64,000 nucleotides of DNA from Verrucomicrobiota bacterium (GTDB taxonomy: Bacteria; Verrucomicrobiota; Verrucomicrobiia; Chthoniobacterales; Terrimicrobiaceae), in NCBI GenBank assembly GCA_017305195.1, contig JAFKMU010000049.1:38638-102637 (forward strand). Direction: 5' to 3'. Under the pieces are notes generated by a model. It had not been told where the DNA came from. It saw only the letters and a list, made by a program, of their open reading frames with translations, and ran no database searches. The translations under genes were made by a program, and so were the position numbers. Shown one piece after another: positions 22,085 to 31,979 of this stretch. Each line of letters begins with the position of its first letter. Position 1 is the stretch's first letter.

Positions 22085-22834
22085 TTATTTCAGGATCAGC
22101 CGGATGGCTCCCGCGAGGGAAAAGAGAATCATCAGCCACTCGAAGACCTGTTGATTCACCTTCTTGATCAGCCAGCGCCCCACAAAGACGCCGCCGATGA
22201 CGAGAGGAGCGAGGATCAGATTGAGCGTGAGGCTGCTTCCATTGATGAGACCCAGCGAGGTGCTGAAGGGAACCTTCACGAGATTGACCGTGAGGAAAAA
22301 CCATGCGGCGGTGCCGACGAATTCCATCTTGGGCAGCTTGCACGCGAGCAGGTAGATCGTCATCACGGGCCCGGCGGCATTGGCGAGCATCGTCGTGATT
22401 CCGGCCAGCCAGCCAAAAGGCCAGGCAAAGCCAGGGTGCTCGGCGGCAAATTTCAGCATATTGCCGCCGTACTTCTGGATCAACACGAGGACGATGAGCC
22501 CGAGCGTGAGCCAGCCGATGACGCGACCGAAGACATGCGCGGGTATGTGCGGCATGAGGAGCCATCCGCAGACGATGCCGGCCAGCGCCGGCCACAGCAG
22601 GCGCAGGACCAGCTTCCGGTCGGCGTGCTGGTGGTAGGCCTTCACGGCAAAAATATCCGCCGTGATGAGCATCGGCAGGATGGCGCCCGTCGATTCCCGG
22701 GCGGGGAGCACCTGGGCCATGAGCAGGACGGCGACCATGCCGAGGCCGCCGAATCCACCCTTGGCCAGACCGATGCACAGCGCGGCAATCGCCGCCAGCA
22801 TCCAGGTCTCGGGGCCTAACGTCGGAACAGACAT
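22085..22834 (-). CDS. TauE/SafE (TSUP) family anion exporter. Start moved to internal MSVPTLGPETW; the track ORF is 5'-extended to 22987.
   Basis: Two repeated 4-TM units with GLAKGGFGGLG motifs. The extension in the track overlaps the MarC gene. Confidence 0.75.
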   Translation of the reverse strand: MSVPTLGPETWMLAAIAALCIGLAKGGFGGLGMVAVLLMAQVLPARESTGAILPMLITADIFAVKAYHQHADRKLVLRLLWPALAGIVCGWLLMPHIPAHVFGRVIGWLTLGLIVLVLIQKYGGNMLKFAAEHPGFAWPFGWLAGITTMLANAAGPVMTIYLLACKLPKMEFVGTAAWFFLTVNLVKVPFSTSLGLINGSSLTLNLILAPLVIGGVFVGRWLIKKVNQQVFEWLMILFSLAGAIRLILK

Positions 22835-23481
22835 CAGTGGAGCCCAAAAACGGGCCTGACTCCGTCGATGATGAGCTGCACGCCGATACAGAGCAGCAGG
22901 AAGGCCATGATCTTGGTCAGGGCATTTGCTCCATTCACGCCGAGAACGGACAGCACCTTGTCGGCCTCCCGGAGGACAAGCCAGCATGTCAGGCTGAGCA
23001 GGAAGATCCCGACCAGAGCGGCCAGGGTGGTCATGGAAAGGAGGTGCGGGGTTTCCGTACTGCGGGTCATGACCACGGCGATAGCCCCCGGTCCGGCGAT
23101 GAGCGGAAGGGCGAGGGGAGTGAAAGAGATGTCCGGCTTGTCCTCCGCCTCGCTCTTTTCATCCGGCTGCTGGGTTTGATGATGGGCCGAACGCAGGAGA
23201 TTCATGCCCACCGTGGCGACCACGAAGCCGCCCGCGATGCGCACCCCGGAAAGAGAGATACCGAAAAAGCTCAGGATGAAGGTTCCCGCGATGAGAAATC
23301 CCGCCAGAATCAAAAACACGTAGAGGGAACCCTTCAGAGCCTGCGCGGCCCGGGTGGACCGTTTTTCACCATCCGTGATCGAGAGGAAGATCGGCGCGTT
23401 GCCCAGGGGATTGCAGATCGGGAACAGCGCTGCGTAGGTCGTGATCACGATTTGGATGAAGTCGGCCATGCCCGCGATCAT
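22834..23481 (-). CDS. MarC family (UPF0056) integral membrane protein.
   Basis: N-terminal LFPICNPLGNAPIFLS motif and six TM helices. Confidence 0.75.
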   Translation of the reverse strand: MIAGMADFIQIVITTYAALFPICNPLGNAPIFLSITDGEKRSTRAAQALKGSLYVFLILAGFLIAGTFILSFFGISLSGVRIAGGFVVATVGMNLLRSAHHQTQQPDEKSEAEDKPDISFTPLALPLIAGPGAIAVVMTRSTETPHLLSMTTLAALVGIFLLSLTCWLVLREADKVLSVLGVNGANALTKIMAFLLLCIGVQLIIDGVRPVFGLH

Positions 23482-23576
23482 GGGGAAAAATGCGCGAGGG
23501 ACAATAGAGAATCGCCAGAGGTTTCGTAACGTCGGGCTGGATTGTCACCGGGCTGATGTTGTATCACCACGACCAC

Positions 23577-24848
23577 ATGAAAATCGTAGTCGCATATTCC
23601 GGCGGTCTCGACACCTCGGTAATTTTGAACTGGCTCAAGGACACCTACTCCGCAGAAGTCGTCGCGTTTTGCGCTGACGTCGGCCAGGAGGAGGAACTCG
23701 ACGGCCTCGAGGAGAAGGCTCTCAACACCGGCGCCAGCCGCTGCTATGTCGACAATCTCCAGGAGGAGTACGCCCGCGATTTTATTTTCCCGATGATCCA
23801 GGCGGGAGCACTTTACGAGGGACAGTACTTCCTCGGTACCAGCATCGCCCGCCCGCTCATCGCCAAGCGCATGGTGGAAATCGCCCTCGCCGAAGAGGCC
23901 GACGCCATCGCTCACGGCGCGACCGGCAAGGGCAACGACCAGATCCGCTTTGAACTTACCGCCGCCGCCCTGGCTCCGCGCCTTCAGGTCATCGCCCCAT
24001 GGCGTGACGAGCGTTTCCGCGCGGAATTTCCAGGCCGCGCCGAAATGATCGCCTACTGCGCGGATCGCGGCATCAACGTCGAGGCCTCGGCCAAGAAGCC
24101 GTACTCGATGGATCGCAATCTCCTGCATATCAGCTACGAGAGCGGCATCCTGGAGGACCCGTGGTTCGACGCCAGCGCGCCGGAGCACAAGGGCATGTAC
24201 AAGCTCAGCGTGTCGCCCGAGGACGCACCGGATACGCCGGAGTATCTCGAGCTGAATTTCGACCAGGGCATCTGTACCGGTCTCGCTCACCCGCGTCTGT
24301 GGGAGATCCTCGCGGAGCTGAACTACAATGGTGAGCAGGACGCCAGCCTCACTCCGCTCTGGATCATGCGCGTGCTCAACAAGCTCGGCGGCCAGCATGG
24401 AGTCGGCCGAGTCGACATGGTGGAAAACCGCTTCGTCGGCATGAAGAGCCGCGGCGTCTACGAGACCCCCGGCGGAGCCATCCTGCACTTTGCCCATCGC
24501 CAGATGGAGTCTCTCACCATGGACCGTGAGGTGATGCACCTGCGGGATTCGCTCATCCCGAAATACAGCACGCTGGTTTACAACGGCTTCTGGTTTGCGC
24601 CGGAGCGCGAGGCCTTGCAGGCGCTCGTCAACGAGTCCCAGAAGAACGTCACCGGCACCGTGCGCCTGAAGCTCTACAAGGGCAACATCATCGCCGCCGG
24701 ACGCAAGAGCCCGGTCAGCCTCTACAATCCGCACATCGCGACGATGGAAGCCGACCCGACCCAGGCCTACAACCAGGACGACGCCACCGGCTTCATCCAC
24801 CTCAACGCCCTCCGGCTCAAAGTGGCCGCCGAGGTGCACGGGGCGTAA
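23577..24848 (+). CDS. argG: Argininosuccinate synthase. Start at [14 protein letters not shown].
   Basis: PP-loop AYSGGLDTS and the ArgG signatures. Confidence 0.9.
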   Translation: MKIVVAYSGGLDTSVILNWLKDTYSAEVVAFCADVGQEEELDGLEEKALNTGASRCYVDNLQEEYARDFIFPMIQAGALYEGQYFLGTSIARPLIAKRMVEIALAEEADAIAHGATGKGNDQIRFELTAAALAPRLQVIAPWRDERFRAEFPGRAEMIAYCADRGINVEASAKKPYSMDRNLLHISYESGILEDPWFDASAPEHKGMYKLSVSPEDAPDTPEYLELNFDQGICTGLAHPRLWEILAELNYNGEQDASLTPLWIMRVLNKLGGQHGVGRVDMVENRFVGMKSRGVYETPGGAILHFAHRQMESLTMDREVMHLRDSLIPKYSTLVYNGFWFAPEREALQALVNESQKNVTGTVRLKLYKGNIIAAGRKSPVSLYNPHIATMEADPTQAYNQDDATGFIHLNALRLKVAAEVHGA

Positions 24849-24854
24849 GGTCGC

Positions 24855-25688
24855 GTGCGATTCGCGCGGTTCTGGCAATCTCGGACGAATGCCTCGGGCT
24901 TGGTAAAAGCCTGGGGCTGGTCCGATCAGTCGGAAGCCGAAGCTGGTCGTAATGCGGAAGGACGCCTGGCTCGCATCCTGAACTTTCTGCGGGAGGGGAA
25001 GGATGCGCTGGACCGTTATGGCTATGGTTCCGACGGGGTCTTGCGGGAATCCGTGGTCGAGGAGGGGAGTCTCTCCGATGGCAGCAGGTTTGCCGTCAGT
25101 CGCAACGCCTACGGAGCATTCGTTCTGAACGCGGAACGAGTGGTTTTTATCGATGTCGATGTTTCGTTGCGAGTCTCGCTTGTCGATCGGCTAAAGGGAC
25201 TTTTCGGGCGAGGAGTCGATCTGGCTGCGGTTTTCGCCGCGCGGGAGCAGGAGATTCGCGACTGGCAGAGGCAAAATCCCCGGTACTCCGTCGCCTGCTA
25301 TCGCACTTTCGCCGGGTTCCGTCTGGTGATCAGGAACCTTCTGGCGGGCCCAGAGGATGAAGAGGTCCGGCGAATCCTGCGGGAGCTGTGCAACGACGTG
25401 CGATACCGGCAACTCTGCGCGCGACAGGCGTGCTTTCGCGCGAGGCTCACGCCGAAGCCCTTTCGCATTCGCAAGTGCCCGCCGCCGGTCCGATTTCCTT
25501 TCGAGAAAGCCGGAGACGCGGCAAAGTTTTCCTCCTGGAGCGAGGGGTATCTGAAGGTTGCGGCGGGTTATTCCGTGTGCCGGACGCCGGTTATCATGGG
25601 AGACGCGGAGCCGCTACCCTCGGTCTGTGAGGTGCTGGCCATTCATGACAAGGCCTGCTGCCGGGGAGACCAGCTTCCGCTGGCCTAG
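24855..25688 (+). CDS. Hypothetical protein (277 aa), function unknown.
   Basis: Intact ORF with host-like composition that fills the argG-nth gap. I could not recognise any motif. Confidence 0.4.
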   Translation: MRFARFWQSRTNASGLVKAWGWSDQSEAEAGRNAEGRLARILNFLREGKDALDRYGYGSDGVLRESVVEEGSLSDGSRFAVSRNAYGAFVLNAERVVFIDVDVSLRVSLVDRLKGLFGRGVDLAAVFAAREQEIRDWQRQNPRYSVACYRTFAGFRLVIRNLLAGPEDEEVRRILRELCNDVRYRQLCARQACFRARLTPKPFRIRKCPPPVRFPFEKAGDAAKFSSWSEGYLKVAAGYSVCRTPVIMGDAEPLPSVCEVLAIHDKACCRGDQLPLA

Positions 25689-26344
25689 GCGGTTTCGGCA
25701 GATTTCAGGAGCTTCGGCCCTGTCGGGCAGAGGTCGTAGATTTCGCAATTGGCGCAGTCGGGTTTGCGGGCGACGCAGCGGCGGCGGCCATGCCAGATGA
25801 GCCAGTGGCTCAGCACGGTCCAGACCGTGCGCGGGAAGAGCTTCATCAGGTCCTGTTCGATCTTCACGGCGTCCGTGTGATGCGTGAGGCCAAGGCGGTT
25901 GGAAAGACGCGTCACATGCGTGTCGACCACGACGCCCTCGTCGATGCCGAAGGCATTGCCGAGCACGACATTGGCCGTTTTGCGACCGACTCCGGGCAGT
26001 GCTGCGAGTTCCTCCAAGGTGCGGGGAACTTCGCCATGGTACTTCTCCAAAAGTACGGCGGCCATGGCTCGGATGTTCTTGGCCTTATTGCGATAGAAGC
26101 CGGTCGAGCGGATAATCGCCTCCAGGTCCTCCTGAGAGATGTCGGCAAAATCCTTCGCGGTCTCACAGCGGGCAAACAGGTCTTTTGTGACGATGTTTAC
26201 CCGCTTGTCCGTGCATTGGGCGGAGAGGATGGTGGCTACGAGCAGTTCCAGCGGAGTGCGGTAGTCCAGTTCGCAATGGGCGTCCGGATAAATATCCGGA
26301 AGCCGCTGCGTAAGCTGTTGGGCGCGGGCAGCCGCGCGCGTCAT
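25685..26344 (-). CDS. nth: Endonuclease III (DNA glycosylase / AP lyase).
   Basis: HhH-GPD motif (LPGVGRKTANVVL), catalytic K/D and a C-terminal 4Fe-4S Cys cluster CxxxxxxCxxC. Confidence 0.9.
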   Translation of the reverse strand: MTRAAARAQQLTQRLPDIYPDAHCELDYRTPLELLVATILSAQCTDKRVNIVTKDLFARCETAKDFADISQEDLEAIIRSTGFYRNKAKNIRAMAAVLLEKYHGEVPRTLEELAALPGVGRKTANVVLGNAFGIDEGVVVDTHVTRLSNRLGLTHHTDAVKIEQDLMKLFPRTVWTVLSHWLIWHGRRRCVARKPDCANCEIYDLCPTGPKLLKSAETA

Positions 26345-29300
26345 TGCTTCGGGCCGAGACTGTTCAGGCGCTCCTGGGCTTTGGGCGTGTACTGGCTGTT
26401 TGGGTAGTCCTTGATCAGCTGCTCGTACGTGGTGCGGGCGCGGTTGAGCTGTTGGTTTTGCAGAGCTTTTTGCTTCGGGTCCGTGATTCCGGCGGCCTGC
26501 TGCTCCAGCAACTGGCCCGCCATCCAGAGACCCTCGGCGGCGGCAACGGGGACGCCTTCGAAGTAGTCGCCGATCTTGGAGAAGGTATCGATGGCCGAGC
26601 CCAGCAGATCGCTCTGCTTCTTGGGATCTTTCTCGGCCTTGGCGCGCTCGATCAGGATGTAACCGGTGAGCAGCGTCGCGTTGGCGCGAAGCTCGGCGGT
26701 GGCCTGCTGACCGGCGATGACGCCGCGTAGGAGACCCTGGGCTTCATCCAGCTTGCCCTGGTCCTTGAAGGCGACGGCGATGCCGTAGTTGGCTTCGAGC
26801 ACCTTGGGCGACCACGGGTAGAGCGACTTGAGCTGCTCGAAGATCTGGCCCGCCTTGGTGGCGTCGCCGCTGGCTTGCGCCACGCGACCGAGGCCGAAGA
26901 GCGAGATGGCCTGGGCTTCCTGCACCTGCGGCGGAGCGGCTGCCGCCTGCATGTTGGCCGGGGTCGGATAGTCCTTGGCGACCTTCTGGAACACGGTGGT
27001 GGCCTGGTCGAACTTCTTGGCGTCGATCAAGGCGAGGCCGTGGACGTCGAGATCCTGCGGAGCGTAGATGACATCCGGGTTGTACGCCGAGTCCATGATC
27101 TCAAGCGCCTTGGCCTTGTCGCTTTCCGAGACGTAGTTGGCGAGGGCGAACTGGATCTTGCTCTTTGCGTTGGCACTTGCGGCATCCTCGGCGAGAGCCT
27201 CGAAGTACTGCTGCACCTCGGGAGCTTTCTTCAATTCCGCCGTCAGCATGGTGCGCTGGATACGCAGGAGGTTCTGCAGGGCCTCAGGCACGGCCGGGCT
27301 GTCCGGATACTTTTTGATCAGCTCTTCGGAGGAGGCGATGCTGCCGTCGATGAGCGTCTTCCAGAGGGCGCGCTCCTGTTCGTTGAGAGCACCGTAGCGG
27401 CCGAGGCCTTCGGCCTTCATACGTTGAATGGTGGCGACCTTCACAAGGGCCAGAGCTGCCTGCGGATTATCAGGGTATTTCGCGACATAATCGCGGTAGG
27501 TCGCGAGGGCTTCATCCGTCTGCCCGGCATTCGTCTGGATCTGGGCGATGGTTTCGTAGGCGTTGTAGACCTTGTCGTCCTTCGGGTACTTCTCGGCAAA
27601 GGCTTTCATCAGGGCAACGACCTCGTCGTTCTTGCCCTCCTGGGCGCGAAGCTGGGCGCGGATGAAATAGCTGAACGGAGCGGGCTGGCTCTCCGGGTAG
27701 TCGGTCGCCACCTGGGTCATCGTCGTGATGCCGTCCTCCTTCTGGCCGACTGCGATCTGTGCGGCCGCCTTGGTGTACAGGGCGAGGGGGGCAAAGACGG
27801 TCTTCGGATGCGTCTTCACGTACTCATCGAGGAGCGGGATGGCTCCGGCATTGTCTCCCTTTTGCTGGGTGCCGATGGCGATCCAGTACGAGGCCTCGTC
27901 AGCCTGCGGGGTGTTGGGATACTTGCTGCGGACTTCCTGGTAGGTCTTGATGGCGTCGTCCCACTTCTGGGTGTCCTTGTAGACTCCGGCCAGACCGCTG
28001 AGAGCGATGACGCCGACTTCCGGCGGAGGGTTCTTTGAGAGGTAGTCCTTGAAGGTGGCGGCAGCCTCTGTGTACTTGCCGGTGCGGGCCTCGGCGGCGG
28101 CTTTGCTGACCACGCTGATGCCGATGAAGCGGCCCTTCGGGTAGAGCGAGAGGGATTCGTTGAAGTACCTGATCGCCTCGGGCAGGTTGCCCTGGGCGAG
28201 GTACATGTTGCCGATGGTCACGGGCAGGTTGTCGGCCACCGGGTCGCCCTTGTACTTGCTCTGAAAGTCGTTGTACCCCGCCACGGCCTTGTCGGTCACG
28301 CCCTGGAGCGCGTAGGTCATGGTCGTGAAGTACAGGGCGCGCTTCTTGTCGTCGTCCGTGGTGAGGAACGGGTTGACGTGCTGGAACACCACGCGGGCTG
28401 CGTTGAGCTGCTGCTGGCCGAAGAAGATTTCGCCCATCTTCGCGAGTGCGCTGGCGACCTGATCGGGCTTGCCCTGGAGCTCGGCGAGCTTCTTGAGTTC
28501 GCGCTCGTTCTCCTTTTCCAGGAGCTTCAGCTTTGCCTGGTCGCGAGCCTTGATCGCCTCCAGACGGCGGGACGGGAAGTCTTTGATCTTCGCCTGCTGG
28601 AGGGCGACGATGGCGTCCTTGGGCGCCACGGCGCGGTAGGCGTCGAGAGCCTGCTGGTAGAGCGCGGCGCGGTCGGCCTCGGGGCTGAAGGCGGCCTGAT
28701 TGAAGAGGATTTCACCGAGTTGGAAGTTTGCCTCGTTGATCAGGGCGATGTCCTTCTTGTTGTCGATGATGGTGCGCAGCAGGGAGATGGCCTTCTGGTA
28801 GAGGCCGAAGGCCTTGGCGCGATCGCCATCGGGTTTGTTCAGCTCGATGCTGCCCTGGGTGGCGTAGGCGATGGCGAGCAGGTTTCGGCTCACCGGGATG
28901 GTGCTGCTGTTGGGGAACTTCTGGACGTTCAGCTCCAGGTCCTTCACGACATCGTCGTACTTCTGGATCTGATACTCGGCGATGGCGCGTCCGTAGATTG
29001 CCGACTCCAGGTCGGGCGCCTGCGGGTAGGCGTTGATGAAGTCGGTGAACTTCTTGATCGCGTCGTTGAACGTGGTGACGCGTTTCGGGTCGTTCATCGG
29101 CATGGCGGCGGCCTTGGCCGAGAGAATCTGGGGGATGAAGCTGTCAACGACCTGCTTGAGCTCGGCTGGGAGCGGCGGGCCCTTGGCGGCCTTGTCGAGC
29201 ATGGCCAGCGCGTCGTCGAAGCGCGCGAGGAAGTAATAGGTAAAGGCAAGCTGGATCTGCGCCGTCGGGATGACGATATCCGTCGGGTAGTCCTTGATCA

Positions 29301-29463
29301 GCTTTTCATACGCAGCGGAGGCCGCCTTGTAGTCGCCGGTCGAGTAAATATCGTACGCAGCGGAGTTGGCCTGAGCCGCGCCGGGCGATTGAGCTTGCAG
29401 GGGAGCGGCGATACCAAACAGCAATACGGCCGCAGTCAGGAGAATGGGAAGGACTCGGATCAT
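26341..29463 (-). CDS. Large secreted tetratricopeptide-repeat protein (about 1040 aa). The true start is MIRVLPILLTAAVLLFG; the track ORF is extended to 30342.
   Basis: Signal peptide then more than 15 TPR-like units. Its stop overlaps the nth start. I confirmed ATG at 29461-29463 on the minus strand. Confidence 0.7.
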   Translation of the reverse strand: MIRVLPILLTAAVLLFGIAAPLQAQSPGAAQANSAAYDIYSTGDYKAASAAYEKLIKDYPTDIVIPTAQIQLAFTYYFLARFDDALAMLDKAAKGPPLPAELKQVVDSFIPQILSAKAAAMPMNDPKRVTTFNDAIKKFTDFINAYPQAPDLESAIYGRAIAEYQIQKYDDVVKDLELNVQKFPNSSTIPVSRNLLAIAYATQGSIELNKPDGDRAKAFGLYQKAISLLRTIIDNKKDIALINEANFQLGEILFNQAAFSPEADRAALYQQALDAYRAVAPKDAIVALQQAKIKDFPSRRLEAIKARDQAKLKLLEKENERELKKLAELQGKPDQVASALAKMGEIFFGQQQLNAARVVFQHVNPFLTTDDDKKRALYFTTMTYALQGVTDKAVAGYNDFQSKYKGDPVADNLPVTIGNMYLAQGNLPEAIRYFNESLSLYPKGRFIGISVVSKAAAEARTGKYTEAAATFKDYLSKNPPPEVGVIALSGLAGVYKDTQKWDDAIKTYQEVRSKYPNTPQADEASYWIAIGTQQKGDNAGAIPLLDEYVKTHPKTVFAPLALYTKAAAQIAVGQKEDGITTMTQVATDYPESQPAPFSYFIRAQLRAQEGKNDEVVALMKAFAEKYPKDDKVYNAYETIAQIQTNAGQTDEALATYRDYVAKYPDNPQAALALVKVATIQRMKAEGLGRYGALNEQERALWKTLIDGSIASSEELIKKYPDSPAVPEALQNLLRIQRTMLTAELKKAPEVQQYFEALAEDAASANAKSKIQFALANYVSESDKAKALEIMDSAYNPDVIYAPQDLDVHGLALIDAKKFDQATTVFQKVAKDYPTPANMQAAAAPPQVQEAQAISLFGLGRVAQASGDATKAGQIFEQLKSLYPWSPKVLEANYGIAVAFKDQGKLDEAQGLLRGVIAGQQATAELRANATLLTGYILIERAKAEKDPKKQSDLLGSAIDTFSKIGDYFEGVPVAAAEGLWMAGQLLEQQAAGITDPKQKALQNQQLNRARTTYEQLIKDYPNSQYTPKAQERLNSLGPKQ

Positions 29464-29604
29464 TGGGGCGAATGAAGGACAATACCTCGCTTCGGGGTGC
29501 TTTTGCCACTGCAAAAACAACGGGATGACTGAAGAGGGCGCGAAGGGCGTGCGGAATACACAATCCGTGACTCTCCGGGCGTTAAATGCTTGAACGTACG
29601 GCGA

Positions 29605-30558
29605 ATGACCTCGGACATCGCGATTTATCACCACGGGGAGTTTGCCGATCTCGGGGAACTGGTGCGGCTCAAGCGCGCCCAGAGCCTGTCGGTTTCCCTC
29701 TGCGTGCCGGTACTGAACGAGGAGGATACGATCGGCGATGTTGTCCGGTGCCTGAAAGGGGCGCTGCTCGACGAAACTCCGCTCCTGGATGAAGTGGCGG
29801 TGATGGACTCCGGCTCCTCGGACCGCACCAGGGAGGTGGCGGCGGCGGCCGGGGCGGATGTCCATCTGGCCAGCGAGATTCTGCCGGAATGCGGTCCGGC
29901 TCGCGGAAAGGGCGAGAATATCTGGAAGGCCACGGCCCATCTCCGGGGCGACATCATCTGCTTCGTCGATGGTGATGTGCGCAACATGCATCCGCGCTTT
30001 GTCTATGGCCCGCTCGGGGTTTTGTTGAAGCAGCCCGGGGTGGCTTATGCCAAGGGCTTCTACGATCGGCCTCATGCCGCCGTGGAGCTGGGCGTGCGTC
30101 CGGCGGGCGGGGGACGGGTGACCGAGGCTCTCGTACGTCCGCTGTTTTCCTTGTTTTATCCGGCCCTGGCGGGCTTTGTGCAGCCGCTGGCCGGGGAGTA
30201 TGCCGCGCGGCGTTCCGTCCTCGAGCGTATCCCCATGCCGACCGGGTATGGGATCGAGACGGCGCTGCTGCTGGATATCTTCCGGCTCCATGGCGCAGCC
30301 GGGTTGGCGCAGTGTGATCTGGACGAGCGTATTCACCGGCACCAGGACACGGCTTCGCTGGGGCGCATGAGCTTTGCCATCCTCCAGGCCTTCTTGCGCC
30401 GGACGCGGCAGGATGAGGTATTGGCCGCTCCTGGAGTGCTGCCTGATCTCTATCGTTCCTTCGTCCGGGAGGATGGTGTGATGCAGCTGAGCGAGGTGCG
30501 CATGGAGGACATCGAGCGTCCGCCGCTCAAGGACGTACCGGGGTACGGGAAACGCTGA
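29605..30558 (+). CDS. gpgS: Glucosyl-3-phosphoglycerate synthase-like retaining glycosyltransferase (GT81/GpgS family).
   Basis: Motifs match mycobacterial GpgS: VPVLNEE, DSGSSD, GKGENIW, DGD, GGGRVTEALVRPL, QPLAGEYAARR and GYGIETALL. Confidence 0.7.
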   Translation: MTSDIAIYHHGEFADLGELVRLKRAQSLSVSLCVPVLNEEDTIGDVVRCLKGALLDETPLLDEVAVMDSGSSDRTREVAAAAGADVHLASEILPECGPARGKGENIWKATAHLRGDIICFVDGDVRNMHPRFVYGPLGVLLKQPGVAYAKGFYDRPHAAVELGVRPAGGGRVTEALVRPLFSLFYPALAGFVQPLAGEYAARRSVLERIPMPTGYGIETALLLDIFRLHGAAGLAQCDLDERIHRHQDTASLGRMSFAILQAFLRRTRQDEVLAAPGVLPDLYRSFVREDGVMQLSEVRMEDIERPPLKDVPGYGKR

Positions 30559-31979
30559 TGCGCATCGCGATCCTGCATTTTCATTTGCGACCGGGCGGAG
30601 TGACCCGTGTGATCGAAATGGCCCACGATGCGCTGGTGGCTGCGGGGCACGAGGTGCTCGTTGTCAGCGGGGAACCGCAGCCGGAGGCCGGTCGCCTGCC
30701 CGTGGATCGGGTGGCGGTGGCTCCTGCCTTGGGCTACGGGGTGACGTCCTCCCGGTGGGAGGAGCTGAAGGAGGAGGTCGAGGCCTGCGTGCGGGCGAGG
30801 TGGGCAGATGGAGCGGACGTGCTGCATCTCCACAATCACGCGCTGGGGAAGAACTTCGCCCTGCCTCTGGCGGTGGCGGCGTGGGCGAAGGAGGGGGAGC
30901 GATTATTGCTCCATATCCACGACTTTGCCGAGAATGGCCGACCGGAAAACTACCGCCTGCTGCTGGAGCAACTCGGCGGCGAGGAGGGGCTGCGCGCCGC
31001 GCTTTATCCCGTTTCCTCCCGGATCGCCTATGGCCTGCTGAACAAGTCAGACCTGAACCGCATGCATGCGGCCGGCGACTGTCACTGGCTGCCCAATCCG
31101 GTAATCCTGCCACACGCGCAACATCCGGTGACTGCTGGCGAGCTTCACGCCGAGCGGCTCATCGTCTATCCGTGCCGGGGCATCCGGCGAAAGAATATCG
31201 GAGAGGCTTTGCTCCTGGCCTCCGCGTTGGGGGCTGGGGAAAAACTGGTGCTGACCGCTCCACCCATGACACCTTCGGACCAAGGGCTCTACGCCCGATG
31301 GAAGGCGGTGGCGGAGCGTCTGCGGTTGCCAGTCATTTTTGAAGGCCAGACCCTGCTCGGGCGGTCGACGGTGGATTTTCTTGTTGGGGCATCTCTCTGC
31401 CTGACGACGAGCGTGACCGAGGGATTCGGCATGGCGTTTCTGGAACCCTGGCTGGCGGGGGTGTCACTGGCCGGACGCGATCTGCCGCAAGTGACGGAGG
31501 ATTTTCGCGAATCCGGCGTGGAGTTTTCCCATCTGTATGCGCGGTGCGACGTGCCCGTGTCGGATGCGCGGCGTCAGGCGGTGGAGCAGGCAATTTACGA
31601 GGCGGTACGGCATAGCTGCGAGAGCTATCATGTACCGATAAAGGCGGAGATGGTGGCGGCAGCCAGCGCGGCGGTCTTTGCCGGGGAGTTGGCGGATTTT
31701 GGCAGGCTGCCCGAGGCGGCGCAGGAGCGCATCCTGGAGGAGAGGGGCATGGCGGGAGTCGCTCTATCGGCGGAGAAACCTGATGTCGTCGAAAAGAATC
31801 GCGCCACGATTGCCGAGCTATACTCGGCGGAAGCTTATGCGGCGAAGCTCGAGGCGGCTTATCACGGCCTGCTCGAGCAACCGGCCTCCGGGGTCGATTT
31901 CCTCGATACCCGCGCCCTGTTGCTGGGCATGCTGGATTTTGGAAACTTCTCCGCCCTCCGGCACGGGGCGCTAGGCTAG
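30558..31979 (+). CDS. GT4-family (GT-B) glycosyltransferase. Possibly a second glycosyl transfer onto glucosyl(-3-phospho)glycerate, i.e. MggA-like; that role is inference.
   Basis: GT-B C-terminal domain with E..GFG (SVTEGFGMAFLE) and an N-terminal RPGGVTRVI motif. Its start shares the stop codon of gpgS. Confidence 0.65.
   Translation: MRIAILHFHLRPGGVTRVIEMAHDALVAAGHEVLVVSGEPQPEAGRLPVDRVAVAPALGYGVTSSRWEELKEEVEACVRARWADGADVLHLHNHALGKNFALPLAVAAWAKEGERLLLHIHDFAENGRPENYRLLLEQLGGEEGLRAALYPVSSRIAYGLLNKSDLNRMHAAGDCHWLPNPVILPHAQHPVTAGELHAERLIVYPCRGIRRKNIGEALLLASALGAGEKLVLTAPPMTPSDQGLYARWKAVAERLRLPVIFEGQTLLGRSTVDFLVGASLCLTTSVTEGFGMAFLEPWLAGVSLAGRDLPQVTEDFRESGVEFSHLYARCDVPVSDARRQAVEQAIYEAVRHSCESYHVPIKAEMVAAASAAVFAGELADFGRLPEAAQERILEERGMAGVALSAEKPDVVEKNRATIAELYSAEAYAAKLEAAYHGLLEQPASGVDFLDTRALLLGMLDFGNFSALRHGALG

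Noticed and set aside
23478-24878. 466-aa minus-strand ORF.
   Set aside because: It is antisense to argG.
29464-30342. N-terminal 293 aa of the 1333-aa TPR ORF, overlapping gpgS.
   Set aside because: An internal Met followed by a classic signal peptide (MIRVLPILLTAAVLLFG) gives a start at 29463, which removes the overlap with the GpgS-like gene. The upstream extension is low-complexity.
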